From assembly GCA_017412115.1 (NCBI GenBank), contig JAFPYR010000098.1, positions 37,171-101,170 of the forward strand: a stretch of 64,000 bases of DNA, given 5' to 3'. Made by a program: the position numbers and the translations under genes. Below are positions 36,733 through 46,609 of this stretch, one piece after another. Below the pieces are notes generated by a model. The model had not been told where the DNA came from. It searched no databases and was given only the letters and a program-made list of their open reading frames with translations. The first letter of the stretch is position 1. Every line of letters starts with the position of its first letter. The DNA is from Bacteroidales bacterium (lineage in GTDB: Bacteria > Bacteroidota > Bacteroidia > Bacteroidales > UBA3824).

Positions 36733-38005
36733 TGATTAGTTTTAACTTCAGCGTTCTTTTAACAAGCATTCTCACCAAAAAGAATTGTAAAAACTGTGTT
36801 GCGACATATAATACGCATGTTAACAATAAAGAATAACGTGTTAACCACAAAGACACCAATAAATGCAAAACAGACGAACCGAAGGTTATATACATTATTT
36901 TTTTTGTTTCTTGAAAAAAGAACAAATACGGTGAATATATTAAATAGAAGCACACAAATAAGCCGTAAAAAGAAAGAATATAAAAATACTTAACAGCTGC
37001 CACATATTTTTCAAAAAATAAAGGAATAACAAAAACAACGCACAAAGAAATAAAAATAGCAGCACCAATAAATATCCGATATAAAAAATTTCTTTGCTGT
37101 TTTAACACTGATAATTTTGTGCTTTCACTAATCGTTTTATCACCAAGAGTTTTATATATATCTACGCTAAACGACTGATTGAATCCAAAGCCAACCATCG
37201 TTATTGCACTCGTAAAGGTATAAGCAAAATTGAATAAGCCCACATCCGTTAAATCATAAAATTGCTTAATAATATAAGTATCACCTCCTTGTCTGATAAA
37301 TATAGCACCCAAATGTGGTATCAATGGAATTCCCCACAAAAGCATTTTTTTAAAATACTTGATATCAATACGACTCAGAAAATTTTGTTTTAACAACAAA
37401 ACAATGCCAATCAATCCCACTAATACAGTACAAAAACCTTGAGCATATACTCTGCCTACCCATCCAAAATCTAATAATTGTACAAGTATAACCGTCAATA
37501 TAAAATTAAGTACAGCATTTCCACAACTCAAAATTCCATACCAAAATACATCTGATTTAACACGAAGATAATCTAAATAAAGATTGAAATAGACATTAAA
37601 AAAAGATATTAAAATTCCTATAAACAAAATTTCTAACGGCAAATCAATCCGTACAGAGATAAAACTACCACCAATACCAAGCACTATGCACAACATTGCA
37701 GAAACAAGCAATGAAACCACAATAATACCTGAAAAAACTTGACGGACACCAAACACACCGTCTTTAAAAAAAGCAACAGAAAGATACCCTTCCGTTGACA
37801 TCGCTTGAAAATATCCGACAAGCATTATTACTGTACCAAATACACTCAATAATCCATAATCATACGGAGAAATAAAACGAGCGATTATAAGCAACAGCAA
37901 AAAAAAGAATCCCTTGTTGACAAAAGAAAATAGCGAAAATAAAAGACCATTTCTTAAAGTCGGATTATGAAATGCCGATAATATCTTGCTTAGTAATGAA
38001 TTCAT
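36725..38005 (-). CDS. wzx: Oligosaccharide flippase (Wzx, MOP superfamily)
   Basis: 426 aa with ~12 TM helices. The N-terminus (LRNGLLFSLFSFVNKGFFFLLLLIIARFISPYDYG) is typical of flippases. Confidence 0.75.
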   Translation of the reverse strand: MNSLLSKILSAFHNPTLRNGLLFSLFSFVNKGFFFLLLLIIARFISPYDYGLLSVFGTVIMLVGYFQAMSTEGYLSVAFFKDGVFGVRQVFSGIIVVSLLVSAMLCIVLGIGGSFISVRIDLPLEILFIGILISFFNVYFNLYLDYLRVKSDVFWYGILSCGNAVLNFILTVILVQLLDFGWVGRVYAQGFCTVLVGLIGIVLLLKQNFLSRIDIKYFKKMLLWGIPLIPHLGAIFIRQGGDTYIIKQFYDLTDVGLFNFAYTFTSAITMVGFGFNQSFSVDIYKTLGDKTISESTKLSVLKQQRNFLYRIFIGAAIFISLCVVFVIPLFFEKYVAAVKYFYILSFYGLFVCFYLIYSPYLFFFQETKKIMYITFGSSVLHLLVSLWLTRYSLLLTCVLYVATQFLQFFLVRMLVKRTLKLKLING

Positions 38006-38009
38006 TATA

Positions 38010-39056
38010 TTATTTCAAATGCCTTACCAATTCCTGAGCTCTTTGATATTCCTGAGGATTACCTATATCAATCCACGTACCATTAAGCGGATAACGGATA
38101 ACACTTTTGTTTTCCGAAATCAGTTTTTCTATCAAATCTGTAGCATTAAAAAATTGATTATCAGGAATTTTATTCAACGCTCGACGTTTTATGAGATAAA
38201 TTCCTGCATTAGCATAATAATTATATTGAGGTTTTTCTAATAATCCTTTTATATTACGTCCGTCCAAATCCAAGATTCCGTATGGAATCGAAATATTGTA
38301 AGGTACAGCGGCAACAGACATCTCGGCATCATACTGTTGAAAATGCAAATAAAAATCTTCATAATCAATATTGGTAAACAAGTCACTATTCATTACCAAA
38401 ATTGTATCGTTATAAAAAGACTCTACAAACTTAACACTTCCAATCGTTCCAAGAAATTTTGGCTCACGAAACGTACGAATTTTCACACCGTTACGTAATT
38501 CTTGATAATGCTCTTCTATTTGCTCATGAAGATAATTTACCGTTACACTGATATTCTTAACCCCGTATGAAATCAAACGATCTATATTATGATCAATAAT
38601 ACACTTATCTCCAACTTTGAGCAAAGGTTTTGGCGTTTTTTCAGTCAAAGGACGAAGACGTTCCCCTTTACCACCTGCCATAAGAACAGCATCAAGAGGA
38701 AGTCTTGTTTTATATTTATATAAATCGATAATATCTACAATGTGCATTTTTTCATCAAGCACAGGAACGAGTTTCATTTTCAATTCCTTTTGCTGCTTAA
38801 TTTTTTTCACATCATCAATATCGCTTAATGACAGATAATTAAAATTTCGGTGCATTATCTTTTCCGCTCTGTCAGCTACAGAAACACCAGAAATCAACGC
38901 CCGTCTAGAATCTCCATCAGTAAGAGTTCCAACCATACGATTTTCATCATCAACAACAAAAAGAACCAACGGCTCTGATGGAAAATTGTTAATCTGCGAC
39001 AAAGCCTCCAACAATGTCTTATCCTTACTAATTATATGATTATTACCGTCCAACAT
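38010..39056 (-). CDS. CBS-domain nucleotidyltransferase (PtmE-like sugar-1-phosphate nucleotidyltransferase)
   Basis: N-terminal CBS pair (VVDDENRMVGTLTDGDSRR ... VPVLDEKMHIVDII), followed by the NTP_transferase motif LMAGGKGERLRPLTEKTPKPLL. Confidence 0.8.
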   Translation of the reverse strand: MLDGNNHIISKDKTLLEALSQINNFPSEPLVLFVVDDENRMVGTLTDGDSRRALISGVSVADRAEKIMHRNFNYLSLSDIDDVKKIKQQKELKMKLVPVLDEKMHIVDIIDLYKYKTRLPLDAVLMAGGKGERLRPLTEKTPKPLLKVGDKCIIDHNIDRLISYGVKNISVTVNYLHEQIEEHYQELRNGVKIRTFREPKFLGTIGSVKFVESFYNDTILVMNSDLFTNIDYEDFYLHFQQYDAEMSVAAVPYNISIPYGILDLDGRNIKGLLEKPQYNYYANAGIYLIKRRALNKIPDNQFFNATDLIEKLISENKSVIRYPLNGTWIDIGNPQEYQRAQELVRHLK

Positions 39057-39057
39057 T

Positions 39058-39753
39058 TTAAACCATTTTTTCTTGAATCAACAACTCAGCATATTTCCAA
39101 TCAAGCATAGTATCCAAGTCAACAGAATGAATTTCGCTCATCTCGAAAAAATGTACTTTTTTAAAATCATTAATATGTAAAGCTTTCAAAGACTCAATAT
39201 TAATGACATACACGGCTCCGTTGTATTCATAACACTTTGGAGCCTCTTGACGGCGAGTAATTTTTCCATTGCCTTTTGAAATCACTAAGTTGCCTTCCCC
39301 ATCTTCTTCATAAATATCATAATACGGATTTGAAGCCGCTGATTTAACTGATACAACCATATCACAATCCAAATCAAATTTGTCGATACATCCTATAACA
39401 TCTTCTTTTGTTCTAAAAGGAGATGTTGGTTGCAACAATACTACATTATCATAACGAATACCTTGCTGTTCAAAAAAATTAACAGCATGAAGTATTACTT
39501 CATAACTCCCAGCCGTATCGGATGCCAAATAATCAGGACGTTTAAAAAGTACTTTAAGACCGTATTCTTCCGCTGTTTTGATAATTGTATCGTCATCTGT
39601 TGAAAGGCATATATCCGTATCTTCAACAAATTGGCGAGCAATATCTATCGAATAGTAAATCAACGGTTTACCCGCTAATGGTTTTATATTTTTATGAGGG
39701 ATACCCTTGCTACCTCCTCTGGCGGTTATTAAAAACAAAGATTTCATTGCCAT
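39058..39753 (-). CDS. neuA: Acylneuraminate (nonulosonate) cytidylyltransferase, NeuA/LegF-like
   Basis: ITARGGSKGIPHKNIKPLAGKPLIYYSI ... LLQPTSPFR. Confidence 0.88.
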   Translation of the reverse strand: MAMKSLFLITARGGSKGIPHKNIKPLAGKPLIYYSIDIARQFVEDTDICLSTDDDTIIKTAEEYGLKVLFKRPDYLASDTAGSYEVILHAVNFFEQQGIRYDNVVLLQPTSPFRTKEDVIGCIDKFDLDCDMVVSVKSAASNPYYDIYEEDGEGNLVISKGNGKITRRQEAPKCYEYNGAVYVINIESLKALHINDFKKVHFFEMSEIHSVDLDTMLDWKYAELLIQEKMV

Positions 39754-40748
39754 TATAATTCTATAGGTTCGTCAATCTGATAATCTCTCTTAGCAGGTTT
39801 ATCGGCCACCAAATCCCAAAATTTAGCCGGAATTCCATCAGAACTTCGAAGTAAAGCTATATTCTCGAAACTAATAATTTCACCTTTTTTTATAGGTGTT
39901 TTTGCTATCAAACGTTTCAAAACAACTTCTGCATTTTTTTGTTCTGAAACATTGGGTCGTTTAATTCCATCACCAAAAGCATTTTCAATATTTCTAATTG
40001 AAGTTACCATTTGTTTCAACTCATGCGGCTCTAATGATGCCAAATGATCAGGTCCTTCCATCGTCCGATCAAGAGTAAAATGTTTTTCTATTATTTCCGC
40101 TCCCATTGCAACGGCAGCAATAGGAACTTCAATACCCATTGTATGGTCAGAATAGCCCACTTGACATTTAAAAGCGGCTTTCAACGTTTGCATAGCACGT
40201 AAATTTACCTCACCGTAAGGACACGGATAATTTGTTGTACAATGAAGTAATGCCACTTCTTTTGCACCGCTTTCCAACAATGTATTGTAGGCTTTTTCCA
40301 CGTCAGAAAGCATTGACATGCCGGTAGAAAGAATCACTTTTTTACGTTTACTGCCAATCTGTCGCAAATATGGAATATTAGTAACCTCACCGGAACCTAT
40401 CTTCAAAAAAGGCAAATTCAATGAACATAAATAATCAAGGCTTTCTTTTTCGTCTGGAGTTGACAAAAATTGAATACCGATTTTATCGCAATATGCCTTA
40501 ATTTTATCAAAATCATAATAACTCAATTCTAATGCTTTGAGCATTTCGTATTGACTTTGCGCTGTGCCTGTATTTTCTTTTTGATATGCTGCTTTTGCAG
40601 CACTTCGTGTTACAATATTTTCAGTTTTCCAAGTTTGAAACTTCACAGCATCAACACCAGCTTCTTTGGCTGCATCACAAAGTTTTAATGCCAAATCAAG
40701 TCTACCATTGTGATTGACACCTGCTTCAGCTATAATATATACACTCAT
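39753..40748 (-). CDS. neuB: N-acetylneuraminate/legionaminate synthase, NeuB/LegI family
   Basis: IIAEAGVNHNGRLDLALKLCDAAKEAGVDAVKFQTW ... STPDE ... KIGSGE ... STGMS ... LHCTTNYP ... YSDHT, plus a C-terminal SAF/AFP-like domain. Confidence 0.92.
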   Translation of the reverse strand: MSVYIIAEAGVNHNGRLDLALKLCDAAKEAGVDAVKFQTWKTENIVTRSAAKAAYQKENTGTAQSQYEMLKALELSYYDFDKIKAYCDKIGIQFLSTPDEKESLDYLCSLNLPFLKIGSGEVTNIPYLRQIGSKRKKVILSTGMSMLSDVEKAYNTLLESGAKEVALLHCTTNYPCPYGEVNLRAMQTLKAAFKCQVGYSDHTMGIEVPIAAVAMGAEIIEKHFTLDRTMEGPDHLASLEPHELKQMVTSIRNIENAFGDGIKRPNVSEQKNAEVVLKRLIAKTPIKKGEIISFENIALLRSSDGIPAKFWDLVADKPAKRDYQIDEPIEL

Positions 40749-40751
40749 TCT

Positions 40752-41780
40752 TTAATATTTGTATTTTAACAGAAAATGTTTATAATGCTCAGCCTTTGAC
40801 GGATTATTCAGCTCCCATTCCAAACAAATCTGTTCGTATAAGTTTGAGTTAAAAATCAATTTTCCCAAACAAAACTGACGAGTACTATTTGAAAAACGAC
40901 TTTTAAAACAAAATAGGGTGTCATCTTCTGAAGATGTAGTACCACCGCCCAGATGAAATGTTTTAACGCCGCGGCGTTTCAATTCAAGAGCAGCATGCCA
41001 AAGCATAAAATTATTGGGGGATAATTTCAACGCACTGACATCACTACCAGCCAAATGATAATGTCCGTATTCGCCTTCATACATAAAAATAGCCGCAGAA
41101 ACGACTTTACCTTCGTATAGAACCACTCCCAAAAAACTATCAGGAAGTGACTTTTTAAATTGTTGATAATAAGACTGCTTAAAATAATAAAAATCGGAAG
41201 CGTCTAATTTATCCATCGTAGCATTATAAAGCCGGATAAAATCATCTAAATAATTATAATCATTATCTACGACAAATTTAAGACCGCTTTTTTCACCCTT
41301 CTTTATGACATTACGATTTTTAGTGTGAATTTCCTTCATCCAAATTTCGTTCTCCTCCAAAGCAAGGTTTATAGCAACAGTTTTTCGGTCTTCAACAACC
41401 CGTCCTATATTGAATTGTTTATAATTGTCTAACAAAGGGTGAAACCTTACAAAACCAGCAACATAATTGTTATTTTTTAAGGTCTCTGACATCAAGAGCA
41501 AAGCCTCTGACTTAAAATCGTCATCAGCATTGTTCCATATCGGTCCGCCATAACCATACGCTGTCTCAAAATCCAAAAGAGTATGTTCTTGATATTCAAA
41601 AGTACGGCTAAGAAACGGGAATAACATTTTACTATCACCTTTTTCTACTATACAACAGACCGCTTTTTCTGTTTCGGTTTCATACAATCTGAGGTATTCT
41701 TCTTTAAAATAAATATCCCGATTTTTAGGCGAAAAATTATTTAGTATATGATTCCAACTTTCAGAAATATGTATATTCAT
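40752..41780 (-). CDS. FemAB-fold / Acetyltransf_6-like GNAT protein
   Basis: 342 aa. The duplicated-GNAT layout and the C-terminal FHLGGGTTSSEDDTLFCFKSRFS resemble FemAB-family / BioF2-like acyltransferases. Assignment by eye only. Confidence 0.5.
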   Translation of the reverse strand: MNIHISESWNHILNNFSPKNRDIYFKEEYLRLYETETEKAVCCIVEKGDSKMLFPFLSRTFEYQEHTLLDFETAYGYGGPIWNNADDDFKSEALLLMSETLKNNNYVAGFVRFHPLLDNYKQFNIGRVVEDRKTVAINLALEENEIWMKEIHTKNRNVIKKGEKSGLKFVVDNDYNYLDDFIRLYNATMDKLDASDFYYFKQSYYQQFKKSLPDSFLGVVLYEGKVVSAAIFMYEGEYGHYHLAGSDVSALKLSPNNFMLWHAALELKRRGVKTFHLGGGTTSSEDDTLFCFKSRFSNSTRQFCLGKLIFNSNLYEQICLEWELNNPSKAEHYKHFLLKYKY

Positions 41781-41781
41781 A

Positions 41782-42819
41782 TTAAATACTATCTTCTAAA
41801 ACATTAAGAATACGTTTCATATCACTTTCTGTATATCGTTGGTCAATTATGATAGATAATTCATGAACCGATAAATCTATACCACGTTTTAATTCCAACT
41901 TGAACCTATCTTCGACCGGCCAATGTACAGGTAAAAAAATATTGTTGGCAAACATTGCCTTACGAACTCTATCACGATTATCTATTCTAATTGGAACAAA
42001 TAAAGGAACTGCTGTTTTCTGTAAAGGAATAATAGGAACAATTCCTAACTTTTTTAAACCATCAACTATTACTTCCGCATTATGCCTTCTTAACTTAGCA
42101 TAAACTTGCCAATCCATGTCGGAAAGAATTTCTTTTGACAATGTTGTCATATCAGTCTGATAGTCATCATCGATTTTAACCTCTCCTTTATGAAACAAAT
42201 CCAAATAAATTTCATCACAAAACAACCGATGCGCTCTTAACGACTTCAAATAAGATGCCGCAATCTTATATTGTGCGAAATCATTTATTTTGTTTGGTTG
42301 GCATAACATTCCTTTTTTAGAAATCACCCAAGCACCATCTGAAACAGGAAAAGCCTTACGAAAACTGGAAAAAACAAAATCAGCATCATTATCATCTGTC
42401 ATAGCATACGGTGCTTGAACATTATCTAATATAATAATCATATCCCGATTAATAGCCCGAAGATGATTAATTATAACATTATAATCTATCAAACCAAAAT
42501 AATTAATCAGAATTACTGCCTTAGAAGTATCATAACATGACTCTAATGCATTAAAATCGGGACTAAGTTGTTCATCAAGAGCATAAAATTCTATTTTCAA
42601 CTGATTTTTATAAGCCATCTGATATACAGATTCGCACAAATAATCAGGGAAAAGTATAGTAGTTATACCCAAATGCGCTTTAACAAAAGTGAGAATATTA
42701 TAAAGTGCGGAACGCCCTGAAGAAAAAGTAACAACATTTGTAGGCAAATGATGTATATTTTCATAATGTTGTTTTACTTCTATTTCAAACTCGCCACCTA
42801 TTATTTTTGTTTCAGCCAT
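41782..42819 (-). CDS. DegT-like PLP-dependent enzyme (second aminotransferase-like gene of module A)
   Basis: SSGRSALYNIL ... LFPDYLCESV ... ILDNVQA ... FSSFRKAFPVSDGAWV (putative PLP-Lys). Divergent from the LegC-like gene. Confidence 0.5.
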   Translation of the reverse strand: MAETKIIGGEFEIEVKQHYENIHHLPTNVVTFSSGRSALYNILTFVKAHLGITTILFPDYLCESVYQMAYKNQLKIEFYALDEQLSPDFNALESCYDTSKAVILINYFGLIDYNVIINHLRAINRDMIIILDNVQAPYAMTDDNDADFVFSSFRKAFPVSDGAWVISKKGMLCQPNKINDFAQYKIAASYLKSLRAHRLFCDEIYLDLFHKGEVKIDDDYQTDMTTLSKEILSDMDWQVYAKLRRHNAEVIVDGLKKLGIVPIIPLQKTAVPLFVPIRIDNRDRVRKAMFANNIFLPVHWPVEDRFKLELKRGIDLSVHELSIIIDQRYTESDMKRILNVLEDSI

Positions 42820-43916
42820 TCTTTAATTTTTGCAACAATTAAATTAGAAGTATGACCGTTGCCATAATATGTATCTATTATTTTGGACTGAGATAACATC
42901 TTTTGAAAAGCCAAAGCGATTGAAGTATTATCCCGATCACACTGAATAACATTCTTACAAAGATGTCTACCTTTTTGTCTTTCTCCAATATTTACAACAG
43001 GTATCCCTAAAAAAGGTGCTTCAACAATGCCGCTGGATGAATTTCCGATTATACCCGCAGATTGTTGCATAAAACTCAAATAACGACGTTGACCTAATGA
43101 GGAGAACAAATGAAACTTATCAGTATCTGACTTAACGGCTTCTTCCCAAAACTCATTTATCTGCATTCCGCCAAAATCAGCATTTGCCTTACTTATTACA
43201 AATTGAACATTTTCAGTTTTTTTCATCACATCAAAAAGATGATGAACCATTTTCAAATTATCATCAAGACTTAATTTCGTTTCAGAATGAAGAGTTACCA
43301 AGCACCAACGTTTACTTTCATCAAGTCCGATATTACTTGCAATTTCATTTCTAGTCATTAAGTCATATCGTAGAAAACTTTCAAGTCCAGGTTCTCCCGC
43401 AATAAAAATATTAGTGTCAGAATTAAGCATCCTTTTAAGATTTTCAGCAGAGCTTTCAACGCCTGGAAAATGAAGAGTAGACATCATAGATACAGCATTG
43501 CGCACTTCATTATCTATTGCACCTTCAGTAACATCACCACCAGAAATATGCGCTACTGGAATACCCATCACCAAAGCGGCACTTACTATGGGAAGTAATT
43601 CATATCTATCGCCTAATACAACAACAACATCTGACATCAATTTGAAATATACTTTTGCAAATCCCTCGGAACATTTTCCCATAGAACATACAATATCAGA
43701 TTTATTATCTGACCTCAACTGCATATCCACTTTTGCAGCAATAGGATACCCATCTTCTTCGATGAACCGATATGTCAACCCCTGCTCAAAAGAAAGATGA
43801 GCACCAGTTACTACTAATTGAAGTTCTAATTCAGGATCGTGATAAACAGAATCTATCACCCATCGTAATAATCCATACTCAGAACGAGCAGCTGTAACAA
43901 TACAAACTTTTTTCAT
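42801..43916 (-). CDS. neuC: UDP-N-acetylglucosamine 2-epimerase (hydrolysing), NeuC/LegG-like
   Basis: KVCIVTAARSEYGLLRWVI ... VVLGDRYELL ... HISGGDVTEGAIDN ... HFPG ... GNSSSGIVEAP. Confidence 0.88.
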   Translation of the reverse strand: MKKVCIVTAARSEYGLLRWVIDSVYHDPELELQLVVTGAHLSFEQGLTYRFIEEDGYPIAAKVDMQLRSDNKSDIVCSMGKCSEGFAKVYFKLMSDVVVVLGDRYELLPIVSAALVMGIPVAHISGGDVTEGAIDNEVRNAVSMMSTLHFPGVESSAENLKRMLNSDTNIFIAGEPGLESFLRYDLMTRNEIASNIGLDESKRWCLVTLHSETKLSLDDNLKMVHHLFDVMKKTENVQFVISKANADFGGMQINEFWEEAVKSDTDKFHLFSSLGQRRYLSFMQQSAGIIGNSSSGIVEAPFLGIPVVNIGERQKGRHLCKNVIQCDRDNTSIALAFQKMLSQSKIIDTYYGNGHTSNLIVAKIKEWLKQK

Positions 43917-45535
43917 TAATCAATATTATCAAAAGCCGTTTTCATCCATTCAAGACGATTTATAAGCCACATTTTCAAATATGAAACCTCATTTTGATAA
44001 CTACCCAACACATCACGATTAACATACGGCAAAAATTCATTCATTGTATGCCACCTATTTTCATTTTCTTCTACAGAATATTTTAGATAACTAACATAAG
44101 AATTTATTTTTTTCAAAATATCATTTTTTCTGCTATAAAAATAATAAAATCTTTCTTTGGCTTTATTACGAAAAATAGGATCCTCAAAAAGACGCATCAA
44201 CCATTTATTATTATATATTTGAAACAAAAAGCCATCAGTAGGATACAATGGTGTTGCATTATTATTACCTAATGACTGATCAAAATCCCACAAAGGTCCC
44301 ATTTTAAGTATACCATCGCGCTTATAGTTCATATAACAACTTGTGTACATACTCATTGCATCACCGTTCTTACATATTTCATTTATAAGAAACCAATCTA
44401 CAAACGATTCCAAATCCATATACGATTACCACCCATTTTCAGGATTTGTAAAATTGTCAGAAAAAAGTACTTCTTCTGCCTTCAAAACATACTGCTTAAT
44501 AAAATTATAATTATCGTCACCTACAACAACATCAGGATCTTTTATATTAATAGGCTGTGTAAGCATATTAGTTTCAAAATAAGGAGCATTCTCACTTATA
44601 GCTCTTTGATCAACCTCCAACAAAAAACCATCCTTACCAACATTCACACGATTTTCAGCTATTTTTAATTTATCTCCAAGCATATACGTTCCATGATATT
44701 TCCCATTTAACATCAATTCTACAAAATGGAAATGAGGTGTGTAATCAAGATTACTTATCATCCCCATATAATATGCGATAATATTACGAACCATGGCTTT
44801 ATCAAAATAATTAGCAATCAAAACCCATGATTTATCTTTAGGTTCATTCAGCAAAGAAATTTTTTGATCAAATTTTAAGGTATAAGATTTTTTAGGAGAT
44901 GATGAATATGAAGAATTTCCTCTACATTTTATTTGCACTTTTGTATTTAATTTTTCTTCAGAACTTTGAGTTAATTCATTTTCCATCAGTTGGAAATTAG
45001 CATTAACATATTCCTCTTTAGATGTTATATCAACCCTTTCATCGGTTTCAATCCATAAAATTGGTAAACCAGTAAATGTGCGCACATAAATGACATATTT
45101 TTTTTCTATACCATGCTCATCAAAGACCGACAAAATAACAGGAGTATTAAAATTAATATAATTAGAATTTTGATTTTCCGTATCGTAAACAACACTATTT
45201 GAATCCCAAACTATTTTTTCTCCTTTATATTCAATACATGGTATTAAATTTTTATTATCTACTATATAAGGAATACGAAATTCAATTATACTATCACCTA
45301 TTATAGTACCATACACGTCTTCAATCAGAACATCAGGATTTTCGTCTGACTTGAACGAAGCATTCAATACCTTCGGACCTAATATTTTAGTATCTTCAAT
45401 TATGTAAATAGATTCAGACTTTTTACAAGAAGATAAAATAAAACACAAAAAAAGTGTATAAAATATAATAATTCTTTTTTTATACATAGAAACTAAAATT
45501 ATGCTAAGCAGGAGTAAAGGAGAAGATTGAGTCAT
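43916..45535 (-). pseudogene. CotH-like kinase-fold lipoprotein gene interrupted by a single in-frame TAA
   Basis: ORFs 44426-45535 and 43916-44419 are in the same frame, separated only by TAA (44426-44428) plus two codons: ...NPENGW * SY MDLESFVDWFLINE.... CotH hallmarks span both halves (KKSYTLKF ... WVLIANYFDKAMVRN ... FVELMLNGKYHGTYML // FVDWFLINEICKNGD ... GPLWDFDQSLG). A lipoprotein signal (FILSSC) appears if the start is at 45487. Confidence 0.75.
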
Positions 45536-45541
45536 AAAAAC

Positions 45542-45979
45542 TTAATTCTCTGCAAACAATTCTTTGATTTCCTCAGATACCAAAGTACTTTTTCGTATTC
45601 CGTTTGCAATTATTTTCAGACCATATTCGTCAATAAAACCTGATAGAAGCTTTACTTTGCCGGATTTCAATAATTTGGCAAAATCTATATCATCAATTTC
45701 AATCACATTGTTGCAATCGATATATGTCTGAGGTTTTTTGAACTCATTTTTATTATCCGCCAAAAACACAGGATAAGTGCTTGTATCGAAACCGTTCAAT
45801 TCAGCAAGCCTTAGCGCAGTATTTATTTGCGACGAACACGTGGAAAAAAATAGTAACTTGTTGTTGCGCTTAATGCATACGTGAATATGTTCTTTTATAC
45901 CAATCGGACAATTTGCATAAAAGAAATAGAGTGCACCTTCCGTAATGCTCTGAGACAAAAGTGTTTCGGGCAGTTCCAT
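45542..45979 (-). CDS. Hypothetical 145-aa protein; candidate toxin partner of the Panacea-domain protein
   Basis: Start overlaps the upstream stop by 1 nt (TGATG). No signal peptide or TM helix. No family recognised (MELPETLLSQSITEGALYFFYANCPIGIKEHIHVCIKRNN...). Confidence 0.55.
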   Translation of the reverse strand: MELPETLLSQSITEGALYFFYANCPIGIKEHIHVCIKRNNKLLFFSTCSSQINTALRLAELNGFDTSTYPVFLADNKNEFKKPQTYIDCNNVIEIDDIDFAKLLKSGKVKLLSGFIDEYGLKIIANGIRKSTLVSEEIKELFAEN

Positions 45980-46557
45980 CAGCGGTTGTATTGGTGATAA
46001 AGTTCTTTTGAAAGGTTTACTATTTCAGGATTTTCATTCTGAAACAATCCTGTCGGGTCGTCATTGCAACCGTCAAAAAAACGGTCAATGTCAATTTTGT
46101 ACGAGTTTTTGAGGTTTGTGTCTCGCAACATTGGCTCGTAAAATGTCCATTCAGGAAACTTGTGCGAAATTTCTGACAAATCCTGACCTGATAAATTTTT
46201 GCACCTTTCTATAACCCTGTCCAATACTTCTGTATCTGTTTGCGAAAACTTTTTTGTGTCGGGTTCGCTGATTGCACTATATTTATGGTTTTCAGTAGGA
46301 CGGATATACATTTCGAAATAATTGTTATCCGTCTTCAACCGTGTCTTTTTTCCTTCCAAAAGATTTTTGGCATCGGTGGGCACTACACCTTTGGGCATAG
46401 CATAATAAACGTCGCCGCTTATAGTGCGTCCGTACCGCCGCAGATGGCAACGGTCAGAAAGCCAAAGAATTTTATAGGCTTTTATATTGTCTATTGTCCT
46501 ATCAGGCTGTTTAGAAGCGATATACGTCAAAGCCTGAATTATTTTTGTAGTGTCCAT
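45979..46557 (-). CDS. Panacea (DUF4065) / SocA-like antitoxin-domain protein
   Basis: KAYKILWLSDRCHLRRYGRTISGDVYYAMPKGVVP and LSGQDLSEISHKFPEW match the DUF4065 pattern (K-l-KLLY ... G-pi-g ... a-GPV ... LS--sH----W). Confidence 0.7.
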   Translation of the reverse strand: MDTTKIIQALTYIASKQPDRTIDNIKAYKILWLSDRCHLRRYGRTISGDVYYAMPKGVVPTDAKNLLEGKKTRLKTDNNYFEMYIRPTENHKYSAISEPDTKKFSQTDTEVLDRVIERCKNLSGQDLSEISHKFPEWTFYEPMLRDTNLKNSYKIDIDRFFDGCNDDPTGLFQNENPEIVNLSKELYHQYNR

Positions 46558-46573
46558 CGCAAATTATTTTTTG

Positions 46574-46581
46574 CAAAAATA
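46574..46581 (-). promoter_or_regulatory. Bacteroidetes-type -7 box (TATTTTTG) for the Panacea pair
   Basis: A perfect TAnnTTTG on the minus strand, 16 nt upstream of the ATG at 46557, inside the 52-bp gap after legC. Confidence 0.45.
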
Positions 46582-46609
46582 GGAAAATAATACTCAACTT
46601 ATTGAGCAA

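Noticed and set aside
44426-44428. In-frame TAA in the CotH-like gene as evidence of stop-codon reassignment or programmed read-through.
   Set aside because: TAA is used as the normal terminator by many genes in this window (for example 6981-6983 and 31117-31119), and no recoding signal is evident. A nonsense mutation, a sequencing error or a split gene is more parsimonious.
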